Source of the DNA: Polaromonas sp.
Lineage (GTDB): Bacteria > Pseudomonadota > Gammaproteobacteria > Burkholderiales > Burkholderiaceae_C
Direction: 5' to 3'
NCBI RefSeq assembly: GCF_016185115.1
Contig: NZ_JACPOF010000029.1
Location: 62,530-126,529, forward strand
Length of the DNA stretch: 64,000 nt
The notes under the pieces were generated by a model. The model was not told the DNA's origin, made no database searches, and saw only the letters and a list, made by a program, of their open reading frames with translations. The position numbers and the translations under genes were made by a program. Positions 54,551-62,559 of the stretch are shown piece after piece (positions within the stretch are counted from its first letter, which is position 1; the number at the start of each line of letters is the position of its first letter).

Positions 54551-55438
54551 TCAGGGGCTGGCATTGGCCCGCCGCAACATGTCTAGAAAATATTCTGCAG
54601 CCGGTGTCAGGGGCATGCCGAACCTTCGCACAAACACCCCGCGCGGCCCGGCAATGGGTTTGTTGATATTCAGGACGGTGACGCCGGGTGGGCCGCCCAA
54701 GTCCACCAGAGGCTTGGGAACCAGCGCCAGCAAATCTGTGTGCATCACCGAAAAAATAATCGTGTTGATGGTCGAGCAGCGGACGGCAACATCGGGCAAC
54801 GGCATGTTCAGCTGCAGGAAGGCTTGGGAAAGATTGTCGATCTGGTGGCCCGGCGTGGCGCTGACCCACTGCGCACTCCTGAGGTCATCCAGCGACTCCA
54901 CCTGCGACAGCGGATGGCCCTTGCGCACTATGACCACCAGATGGTTGTCGTACATGAACTCGCTCACCAATTCGCTGTCGATTGAGGTTTCGGGTTCCGG
55001 GCCGATATAGAAGTCGATATTGCCATCCTTCAGTCCCAGCTCTGCGGTGGGGTACTGCCCCTCGAACACCTTGAGCTGAACGCCAGGATAGCGTTTGAGA
55101 AAGGGCACCAGTGCACCTTCCAGCAGCCTGGCTTGCGCGCCACTCGACAGGCAGGCCACGACCGCACCCACGTTCTGGCCCTGCAGTTGCTTGATCTCGT
55201 CGCGGGCGCGCTGGAGTTCTGCCATCGCGGCACTGGCGCGCTGCACAAAACGTTCGCCCATGGGCGAGAGTTGCGCACCGCGGGCATGGCGGTCGAACAG
55301 CACCACGCCGAGGTCGCGCTCAAGCTCGCCGATGCTGCGCGAAATGGCAGGCTGTGTTATGTGCAGGTGGCGGGCGGCAGCCCGAAAGCTGCGTTTGTTG
55401 GCGACGGCGAGTACGTCTTTTAACTGGCTGAGTTTCAT
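54551..55438 (-). CDS. LysR-family transcriptional regulator
   Basis: HTH region MKLSQLKDVLAVANKRSFRAAARHLHITQPAISRSIGELE. The start was taken at ATG 55438. Confidence 0.9.
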   Translation of the reverse strand: MKLSQLKDVLAVANKRSFRAAARHLHITQPAISRSIGELERDLGVVLFDRHARGAQLSPMGERFVQRASAAMAELQRARDEIKQLQGQNVGAVVACLSSGAQARLLEGALVPFLKRYPGVQLKVFEGQYPTAELGLKDGNIDFYIGPEPETSIDSELVSEFMYDNHLVVIVRKGHPLSQVESLDDLRSAQWVSATPGHQIDNLSQAFLQLNMPLPDVAVRCSTINTIIFSVMHTDLLALVPKPLVDLGGPPGVTVLNINKPIAGPRGVFVRRFGMPLTPAAEYFLDMLRRANASP

Positions 55439-55660
55439 GGTGGAGGCCCGTTCAAGACTGCGCTGGGGCAGCCACATCTGCTCAAATTTCAGCGATGCCG
55501 ATCTTGCATCACCGTGACAATTTTGCCATCTTTCGGATTCACTCGGAAATTTCTAGTATTGCTGCAGCTGTGTGTGCTTCCCGTTTTGGCCACCACAGGC
55601 TGTACGCGCGCTCCCCGACATCAGGGTGCGCCACACAACTAAAAGTGACAGGAGACAAGA

Positions 55661-56488
55661 ATGCAAATAGCCTTTATCGGCCTTGGGGTTCAGGGCAAGG
55701 GCCTGGCCAAAAACGCCGTAGCGGCCGGACATGAGGTCACCGTATTCGACCCCCGGCCTGAACCTTGTGCAGAACTTGCCGCCCTGGGTGCCACCGTTGC
55801 CGGCTCGAACGCCGACGCAGGCAAGAGCGCTCGGGTCATCCAGGTGTGTGTGCTCAACGATGCGCAGGTCGAGTCGGTCATTGCCGGCCCTGCCGGGCTA
55901 CTGTTCAGCGCACAGCCCGGCACGATCATCGCCGTACACAGCACCATACGCCCGGCCACCATCGTGGCCATGGCCGCCAAAGGGCTTGAAAAAGGCGTCA
56001 TCGTCATCGACGCCCCCGTCAGTGGAGGCGCTGCGGGTGCCGAGGCGAAGCGCATGTCCTTTATGGTAGGCGGATCGCCTGAGGCGCTGGACGTCTGCCG
56101 CCCTGTTTTTCAATCATCCGGTGACCGCATCGCACATATCGGTGAGCTGGGCAGCGCACTGCGCGCCAAGCTGGCGCACCAGCTCATCATCTCCGTCAAT
56201 TTGCTTGCCGCCTATGAAGGCATGAAGCTCGGCGTGATGGCCGGCGTACCCGCCGAACTCCTGGAGCAGGTGGTGCGTGACGGGGCTGCACAAAGTTATG
56301 TCACCCATCACTGGTCAACCCTGGTGCTCGGGCCGCAGGCACCTGCGGTTTTTTACAAAGACCTGCAGCTGTGCATAGAGCTCGCCAATTCGCTCGGCCT
56401 CAGCGTGCCCGGCGCAGCACTGGCGCAACAACTCATGGAGGTCATCCTGGCTGACCACCGTATACCCAAGGAGCAAAAGCAATCATGA
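55661..56488 (+). CDS. NAD(P)-dependent beta-hydroxyacid dehydrogenase family oxidoreductase
   Basis: MQIAFIGLGVQGKGLAKN Rossmann start. About 275 aa. AGGAGA Shine-Dalgarno sequence. ATGA overlap with the next gene. Confidence 0.82.
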   Translation: MQIAFIGLGVQGKGLAKNAVAAGHEVTVFDPRPEPCAELAALGATVAGSNADAGKSARVIQVCVLNDAQVESVIAGPAGLLFSAQPGTIIAVHSTIRPATIVAMAAKGLEKGVIVIDAPVSGGAAGAEAKRMSFMVGGSPEALDVCRPVFQSSGDRIAHIGELGSALRAKLAHQLIISVNLLAAYEGMKLGVMAGVPAELLEQVVRDGAAQSYVTHHWSTLVLGPQAPAVFYKDLQLCIELANSLGLSVPGAALAQQLMEVILADHRIPKEQKQS

Positions 56489-57888
56489 ACCGGCGCATTC
56501 ACATTAACCTAGATGTCAGCGGCAAGCCTGGGGGTGCCGACAACGGCCGCTTTGTGGCGCGTGATGCGGTTGACTCCGCCAATGGCGAAATTGCCCGCAG
56601 GATCTACGTCGACGAAGACATCTACAAGCAGGAAATCCAGCATGTCTTCAAGCGCTCATGGCTGTACATCGGACATGAAAGCCAGATCCCCAAACCGGGC
56701 GATTTTGTGCTGTCGCGTATGGGCGATGAATCCGTCATCCTGACGCGCGACGCAAAAGGCGTCGTGCATGTGTTTCTCAACTCATGCCGGCACCGGGGCA
56801 TGAAGGTCTGCCGTTACGACGAAGGCAACGCCCGCAACTTTGTCTGCCCCTACCATGGCTGGACATTCAAGACGAGCGGCGAACTCATGCTTGTGCCGGG
56901 CTACGACGAAGCCTACAAGGCCGCCCCGTTCGACAAGGCCAAGTGGGGCCTCGTCGAAGTGGCCCAGATCGCCAACCTGCGCGGCACCATCTGGGCCACG
57001 TGGGACGCTAGTGCGCCGTCCTTCAAGGACTACATGGGCGACATGTATTTTTCGATGAACCTCGCGCTTTCGCCATGGAACGGCAGCGACGATGAAATCG
57101 AACTGCTGGGCAGCCCGCAGAAATGGGTGATTCCTTCGAACTGGAAGATCGTTGCCGAGAACTTTGCTGGCGACATGGCCCACACCATCAGCCATGCATC
57201 CGTCGACAAGGTCGGCATCGGTCCCAACAACAAGGACGGCATGACCGAAGGCCGGCGTGACGACCCAGGCGAACTGGCCCTGTGCACAACGCCGCAAGGC
57301 CATGGCGTGCTTTACGGTATTTCGCCCGAGGGACAGGAGCCACGCGACTATGCCGTCTCGCCGCCGACGGCAGCCTACTTCCTTGAAAACTGGCGCGAGC
57401 GCCAGAAACTCCAGGGTAACAAGGGCCGGCTGACACCAGTCGTCGGCACCATATTCCCCAACATGTCTTTTCACGGCCAACAGCCAAGAACCATACTCGT
57501 GTCACACCCCAACGGACCCAACCACACCGAAATGTGGCGGGTCTATTTTGTCGACAAGAAAGCGCCACCAGAGGTCAAGGCGTTTCTGCGCCGCTACTAC
57601 ACCCGCTACTCGGGCCCGGCCGGCATGACCGAGCAGGACGACATGGAAAACTGGAACTACGCTACAGCCAGTTGCCGGGGTAGCGTCGCGGAAGAGTATC
57701 CCTTCAACTACAAGGCGGGCCTACACGTCGGTGGTACGCACCCCATGATTCCCGGTGTGATCACGCAGCACCCGATCACCAGCGAGCAAAACGTGCGGTC
57801 GCTCTACCACCGCTGGGCAGAGATGATGGACGCCGAAAGCTGGGACTCATTGCGCGCACCCACTGCAGCCGACGGAGGCCGGCAATGA
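56485..57888 (+). CDS. aromatic ring-hydroxylating dioxygenase, Rieske alpha subunit
   Basis: The Rieske motif is CRHRGMKVC...CPYHGW. The catalytic domain has a His-rich region. Confidence 0.9.
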   Translation: MNRRIHINLDVSGKPGGADNGRFVARDAVDSANGEIARRIYVDEDIYKQEIQHVFKRSWLYIGHESQIPKPGDFVLSRMGDESVILTRDAKGVVHVFLNSCRHRGMKVCRYDEGNARNFVCPYHGWTFKTSGELMLVPGYDEAYKAAPFDKAKWGLVEVAQIANLRGTIWATWDASAPSFKDYMGDMYFSMNLALSPWNGSDDEIELLGSPQKWVIPSNWKIVAENFAGDMAHTISHASVDKVGIGPNNKDGMTEGRRDDPGELALCTTPQGHGVLYGISPEGQEPRDYAVSPPTAAYFLENWRERQKLQGNKGRLTPVVGTIFPNMSFHGQQPRTILVSHPNGPNHTEMWRVYFVDKKAPPEVKAFLRRYYTRYSGPAGMTEQDDMENWNYATASCRGSVAEEYPFNYKAGLHVGGTHPMIPGVITQHPITSEQNVRSLYHRWAEMMDAESWDSLRAPTAADGGRQ

Positions 57889-58424
57889 GCAGTCACGACA
57901 AGTCTGCCTATCGGGACCTGGTCCGCGACGTTGAAGAGTTTTTGTACCTTGAAGCAGACATGCTTGACGAGCGCCGCTACAAGGAATGGCTGGACCTGCT
58001 CAGCGAAGACATCCGCTACCGCATACCGCTACGCAAAAACATGAAGTATTCAGACAGCCACCTCGACATCAGCGGCGATGACGACATGTCATGGATGGAC
58101 GATGACAGGGAAACCCTGGTCAAGCGTGTGAAGCAGATCATGACCGGCATTCACTGGGCCGAGGAGCCGCAGTCGCGCGTCTCGCACCTGGTCACCAATG
58201 TGCGCATCATCAATCCGGCTGAAGCGCTGGCAGGCAGCGCAGACATCCTGGTGTCCAGCCGCGTGCTAGTTCACCGCAACAGGCTCGAAGGCGAGACCGA
58301 CTACTTCATCGGCCGGCGCAACGACATCGTGCGGCGGAACGGCGATGGATTCCTGCTGACGGGCCGTACGGTCATTCTTGACCAGGCGACCCTGCTGGCC
58401 AAAAACCTCACGATCTTTATTTGA
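57885..58424 (+). CDS. aromatic ring-hydroxylating dioxygenase, beta subunit
   Basis: 179 aa with an NTF2-like fold signature (EEFLYLEADMLDERRYKEWLDLL). Translationally coupled to the alpha subunit. Confidence 0.9.
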   Translation: MSSHDKSAYRDLVRDVEEFLYLEADMLDERRYKEWLDLLSEDIRYRIPLRKNMKYSDSHLDISGDDDMSWMDDDRETLVKRVKQIMTGIHWAEEPQSRVSHLVTNVRIINPAEALAGSADILVSSRVLVHRNRLEGETDYFIGRRNDIVRRNGDGFLLTGRTVILDQATLLAKNLTIFI

Positions 58425-58590
58425 TCACCGGTGGGCATCGGTGCTTGACCTATGGCTTTTTTACTCTCGCCAACTACTCGTCGTGCAGAGACTGAAATTT
58501 ACGGACTGGTAACAGCCTGCACCTCAACTTCGCCAGCGATTCCAGCATCCCCTTTCTAACTACAAGAGTTTTTTACTCACAGGAGTCAAC

Positions 58591-59763
58591 ATGCAAAAAC
58601 GATTTTTCCTCAACACCCTGGCCCTTGCGATTTTGGGTACCGGCATTGCAGGCAATGCACTCGCGCAGGACAACAAGTTCAAGGTCGGCCTGGTGCTGTC
58701 CATGACCGGATCGTTTGCCACGCTCGGTAAACAAACCGAAGCGGGTGCCCGCCTTTATATGGCTCAACACGGCGACACCGTTGCCGGCAAAAAGATCGAG
58801 CTGATCGTCAAGGATGACACCAGCGTGCCGGATATTGCCAAACGCATCGCACAGGAGCTCGTAGTCAACGACAAGGTCAACGTACTTGCAGGCTTTTTGC
58901 TGACGCCGGCTGCCCTGGCGGCCGCACCGATCGCCACGCAGGCCAAAACGCCACTCATCACAATGGCCGGTGCCAGCTCCAGCGTGACGCAGGCATCACC
59001 CTACGTGCTGCGTACCAGCTTCACCGTAGCCCAAACCGCAGTAGGCATCGCCGACTGGGCACCCAAAAACGGCATCAAAAAAGTTGTCACGCTGGTGTCT
59101 GACTTCACGCCCGGCCTGGACGTTGAAAAATTCTTTGGCGACCGCTACACCTTCAACGGCGGCAAGGTACTCGACCAGTTGCGCGTACCCCTGCGCAACC
59201 CCGACTTCGCGCCCTTCCTGCAGCGTGTGCGCGACCTGGCACCTGATGCAGTGTTCGTATTCGTACCGGCAGGCGCCAACGCCGCGCTGATGAAGCAGTT
59301 TGCTGAACGCGGCCTCGACAAGGCCGGGATCAAGCTGATAGGCACAGGCGACATCACTGATGACGACATCCTCAATGCTACTGGCGACGTGGCACTGGGT
59401 GTGGTGACTTCGCACCAGTATTCAGCCTCGCACAACTCCGCGCTAAACAAGAAGTTCGTTGCAGAGTTCAAAAAGGCCAACAACGGTTTGCGCCCCAACT
59501 TCCTGGCTGTAGCGGGTTACGACGGCATGCGCGTGATTTACGAAGCAGCCAAAGCTGCAAAGGGCGGCAACGGCGACGCACTTCTGGCAGCCATGAAAGG
59601 TCAGGTATTTGAAAGCCCGCGCGGACCGATTTTTATCGACGCCCAGACACGCGAACTGGTGCAGAACATCTACATCCGCAAGGTCGAACGGGTCAACGGC
59701 GAGCTATATAACACCGAATTTGAAACCATCAAGGACGTGAAGGACCCCGGCAAGATTCGCTAG
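58591..59763 (+). CDS. ABC-transporter periplasmic substrate-binding protein (LivK / branched-chain amino-acid-binding family)
   Basis: Signal peptide ..GNALAQDNKFKVGLVLSMTGSFATLGKQ. 390 aa. No permease or ATPase genes are adjacent. Confidence 0.88.
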   Translation: MQKRFFLNTLALAILGTGIAGNALAQDNKFKVGLVLSMTGSFATLGKQTEAGARLYMAQHGDTVAGKKIELIVKDDTSVPDIAKRIAQELVVNDKVNVLAGFLLTPAALAAAPIATQAKTPLITMAGASSSVTQASPYVLRTSFTVAQTAVGIADWAPKNGIKKVVTLVSDFTPGLDVEKFFGDRYTFNGGKVLDQLRVPLRNPDFAPFLQRVRDLAPDAVFVFVPAGANAALMKQFAERGLDKAGIKLIGTGDITDDDILNATGDVALGVVTSHQYSASHNSALNKKFVAEFKKANNGLRPNFLAVAGYDGMRVIYEAAKAAKGGNGDALLAAMKGQVFESPRGPIFIDAQTRELVQNIYIRKVERVNGELYNTEFETIKDVKDPGKIR

Positions 59764-59914
59764 GTCGCAAGACAGACAGCGAACCCGCCGGGCATGGCTT
59801 CATGGCTTGGTAGCGGGTTCGTATGCTCCGATGCATGCCGGATAGGCCGTACAGCACGCCAAGGCTTGGTCGACGCTGCCAGAATTGCAAAACGCAGCGG
59901 CGGGGATCAAAATT

Positions 59915-60109
59915 TACCGTATACCGCAAATTTTTAATGTACACGTTAAAAATTTATCGAAAGTTAATATGAAGCTTAACTTTTGGCTTGCGGCAGCCGC
60001 CAGCTCAAAAAATGGTCTGAAAAACGGCTTAAAAGGCCATTTTTACCTGCCAAATCAGGCTGCAGCCCAATAGATACGCACGTGAGCAGCTATTAATAAC
60101 ATAGCATTC
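59915..60109 (+). repeat. full copy C of the about 190 bp AT-rich structured intergenic repeat
   Basis: Shares the blocks listed above. It contains hairpins AAATTTTTAA/TTAAAAATTT, AAAGTTAA/TTAACTTT, AAAAATGGTC/GGCCATTTTT and GCTAT/ATAGC. Lies between the convergent SBP gene (+) and TetR gene (-). Confidence 0.8.
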
Positions 60110-60189
60110 TCGGTGAAGCCGGCCTCCCCCTGCATGCCCGGTCGCGACGATCAGGTCATGCCCGTACAGCCATCTCGCCGGATGGCCGC

Positions 60190-60948
60190 TTAAACCCCGG
60201 CAACCCTCTTCTTGTGTTCCAGCTCAAGAGCCTGCAGCATCAGCCGCAGGCCCATCGAATAAGCGTCTGATGCATTGAGGCTCACAAGGCTTTCACGCAC
60301 AAAATGCGTTCCGGGAAACTCTTTCGGGTCAAGCTGTGCGAGCTTCTCGTTGAGGAATTCCCCGTGCTGCCCCGGCCAGCGCCGCGCCACCGTTGAGTGC
60401 GCGAATGAGGTCACCAGTTCCACGACAAGGTGGGCATAGGCGGCGGTGTGCATCGCATCAAATCCGGCCTGACGCATGGTGCTGGAGAATTTTTCAAAAA
60501 AGAGGATGCCGTAATCGGTTTCGCCAGCCTGCACGTCCTGCACCATGCGGTAGCGGTTGTGGGTAGAGACATAAGAGGCAATGCCGGGATAGCGCAGCAA
60601 GGCGCGGTAAAAGGCATTGGCCACGTTTTCAATGTTTTCCAGCCAGTGCGGCTGTTCACGCGGCCAGTTTTCAATCACTTCACGCCAGAAGGCGTTCATG
60701 ACGCCTGACGTCAAGGGATCGCGGCCGCCGAGGTAGTAGTGAATGAGGCCAGGCGTCACGCCCAGCTCCCGTGCGACCAGCACGACCGAGAGGTCCGCCA
60801 GCGGAACCGTCTTTGTCAGCTGCAATGACAGGGAAAGAACCGTCGCGCGGTCCAGTGCGCCGGTGGTGGCGCCGGCCGGGCGACCGGGACGTCGGCCGGT
60901 CTTGCGGGCTGCTGCTGTTTTTGCGGTGGCTGTATTCGCGGAAGACAT
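60190..60948 (-). CDS. TetR/AcrR-family transcriptional regulator
   Basis: N-terminal HTH region (..ATVLSLSLQLTKTVPLADLSVVLVARELGVTPGLIHYYL) and a helical C-terminal domain. Confidence 0.88.
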   Translation of the reverse strand: MSSANTATAKTAAARKTGRRPGRPAGATTGALDRATVLSLSLQLTKTVPLADLSVVLVARELGVTPGLIHYYLGGRDPLTSGVMNAFWREVIENWPREQPHWLENIENVANAFYRALLRYPGIASYVSTHNRYRMVQDVQAGETDYGILFFEKFSSTMRQAGFDAMHTAAYAHLVVELVTSFAHSTVARRWPGQHGEFLNEKLAQLDPKEFPGTHFVRESLVSLNASDAYSMGLRLMLQALELEHKKRVAGV

Positions 60949-60993
60949 TCGGTTTTGATTATCGCCGTAGCGGTCATGCTGCCCTGCTGCGAC

Positions 60994-62289
60994 TCACCGC
61001 GCGTAGCGCGCCTGCAGCCACCCGGCAATCGCAGCACCGGCGATGTCCTGCGGCCAGGGGTCGCCCGCAGACACCGCGTGGCCATGGTGGTTGCCCTTGA
61101 TGTCCACGCGCTGCCTGTCCGCACTGCCTATCTGCTGCTCGATCTGGTGGGCATCCGAGGGAAAGACGGTGTTGTCGGCGGTGTAATAAATCATCAGCGC
61201 CGGTTGTTTGATGGCTGCGCCGGTTTTGGCAAACGACGCGTTGGACGACAGCGCCGACCAGTTGGACAGCCAGCTTTCTGCCGTGCAGACGCGCCCGAAC
61301 CCGACGGCCCCCAGATTGGATGCCACGGGATCAGAACCCCAGACCGTGCCCCAGCGCCGGTCAGACGGGTCCAGCGACAAGTCAAATGCCCGCAGGTCGG
61401 CATCAGTCCGCCAGACTTCGAAGATGGCGTTGAACGATCCCTGCATGGCGTCGCGCTCGCTGCCGCCCTGCTTTGAACGTGCGCGCGCCTCCAGCCGGTC
61501 AGCGATCATTTTTTTGGCCATCGCATCGATGCGCGCCACGCGCCCGCGCTGGGCCTCGCGGTAGCGCGTGACAAACTCCGGCGAATACTGCGCGCTTTGC
61601 GGGCGCGGGCGAAAACCATTGGCTTCACGAAAGGCATTCAGGCCCTCATCAAGTTCCAGTGGTTTTGATTCATCGCTCACCGCGGGGTCTATGCAGCTCA
61701 TCAGCAGATGGCCCTGGCCGGGGTGCGGGGCCACAAAAATAAAACCATCCACCACCGGCATGATGGCATCGTGCAGCTTCACGGGCCGCATGCCGGGCGT
61801 GCGCTGGAGGCGCTGCTCAGGCGCGAGCAGTGACTGCTGGTTGTAAAACGAAAACAGGCTGGCGCCCCCCGAGTTGCCGAGCAGCACGATCTTTTCAAAA
61901 CCGAGTTGTTTCAGGTGCTGCAACCCGGCCGCGACGTCCAGCAAGGCGACTTCATGCTCCAGGCGGATATCGTTGCCCACAGTCCTGGCACCCTGGACCC
62001 AGCATGCATAACCGGCCTCCACGATGTAGGGCACCAGATAGTGGGTGACCAGCAATTCACGCGGATGCATGATGACCACCACCGTTTTTTCACCCCCACG
62101 CGCATGCAGGTAGCCAGTGATCTGCGCGCCGTCCTGGGTGGGCACCGCTGCAACGCGTGTTTGCATGCCGGCGGGCAAACGATCCGCGTTCCACGATGCG
62201 CCCCGCAAGCCTGCGGTGGGTCGCGGTTCGGCGCGTGCGGTTTCTGCTGTTGAACTCAAGGTGATCTCCTGGCGATGGGCCGGCCGCAA
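60994..62289 (-). CDS. alpha/beta-fold hydrolase
   Basis: GNSGGA nucleophile elbow. The maximal ORF is listed. The TTG at 62259, preceded by AGGAGA, is a plausible true start. Confidence 0.7.
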   Translation of the reverse strand: MRPAHRQEITLSSTAETARAEPRPTAGLRGASWNADRLPAGMQTRVAAVPTQDGAQITGYLHARGGEKTVVVIMHPRELLVTHYLVPYIVEAGYACWVQGARTVGNDIRLEHEVALLDVAAGLQHLKQLGFEKIVLLGNSGGASLFSFYNQQSLLAPEQRLQRTPGMRPVKLHDAIMPVVDGFIFVAPHPGQGHLLMSCIDPAVSDESKPLELDEGLNAFREANGFRPRPQSAQYSPEFVTRYREAQRGRVARIDAMAKKMIADRLEARARSKQGGSERDAMQGSFNAIFEVWRTDADLRAFDLSLDPSDRRWGTVWGSDPVASNLGAVGFGRVCTAESWLSNWSALSSNASFAKTGAAIKQPALMIYYTADNTVFPSDAHQIEQQIGSADRQRVDIKGNHHGHAVSAGDPWPQDIAGAAIAGWLQARYAR

Positions 62290-62345
62290 GGCTTGCAGCC
62301 ACGACGCCCGGTTTCAAATTCAAATGGCCGCCATCCTAATAATTA

Positions 62346-62361
62346 TTGACATCTATGTCAA
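62346..62361. promoter_or_regulatory. palindrome TTGACAT-CT-ATGTCAA, candidate TetR-type operator or promoter overlap
   Basis: Read directly. Located in the 270 bp AT-rich divergent region between the hydrolase-TetR operon (-) and the AMP-ligase gene (+). Confidence 0.35.
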
Positions 62362-62408
62362 ATTTTTACTCAAACCATCCATTCAACAGGAATCAATCAA
62401 TTCCCTTA

Positions 62409-62426
62409 GAGAATTTAAAAATTCTC
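62409..62426. promoter_or_regulatory. palindrome GAGAATTT-AA-AAATTCTC
   Basis: Perfect 8-2-8 inverted repeat in the same divergent region. Confidence 0.3.
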
Positions 62427-62559
62427 AGTGTGTTTAATGCATAGCCGAAAGCAGCATCAGGGTAAATACGCATTTATTGATATGCCTGTTAATTTATGCT
62501 TCGGTCATTGTGAACGCACTGCACAGGCACGCAAGCCATCAATCCCAGGAGACAGACAC

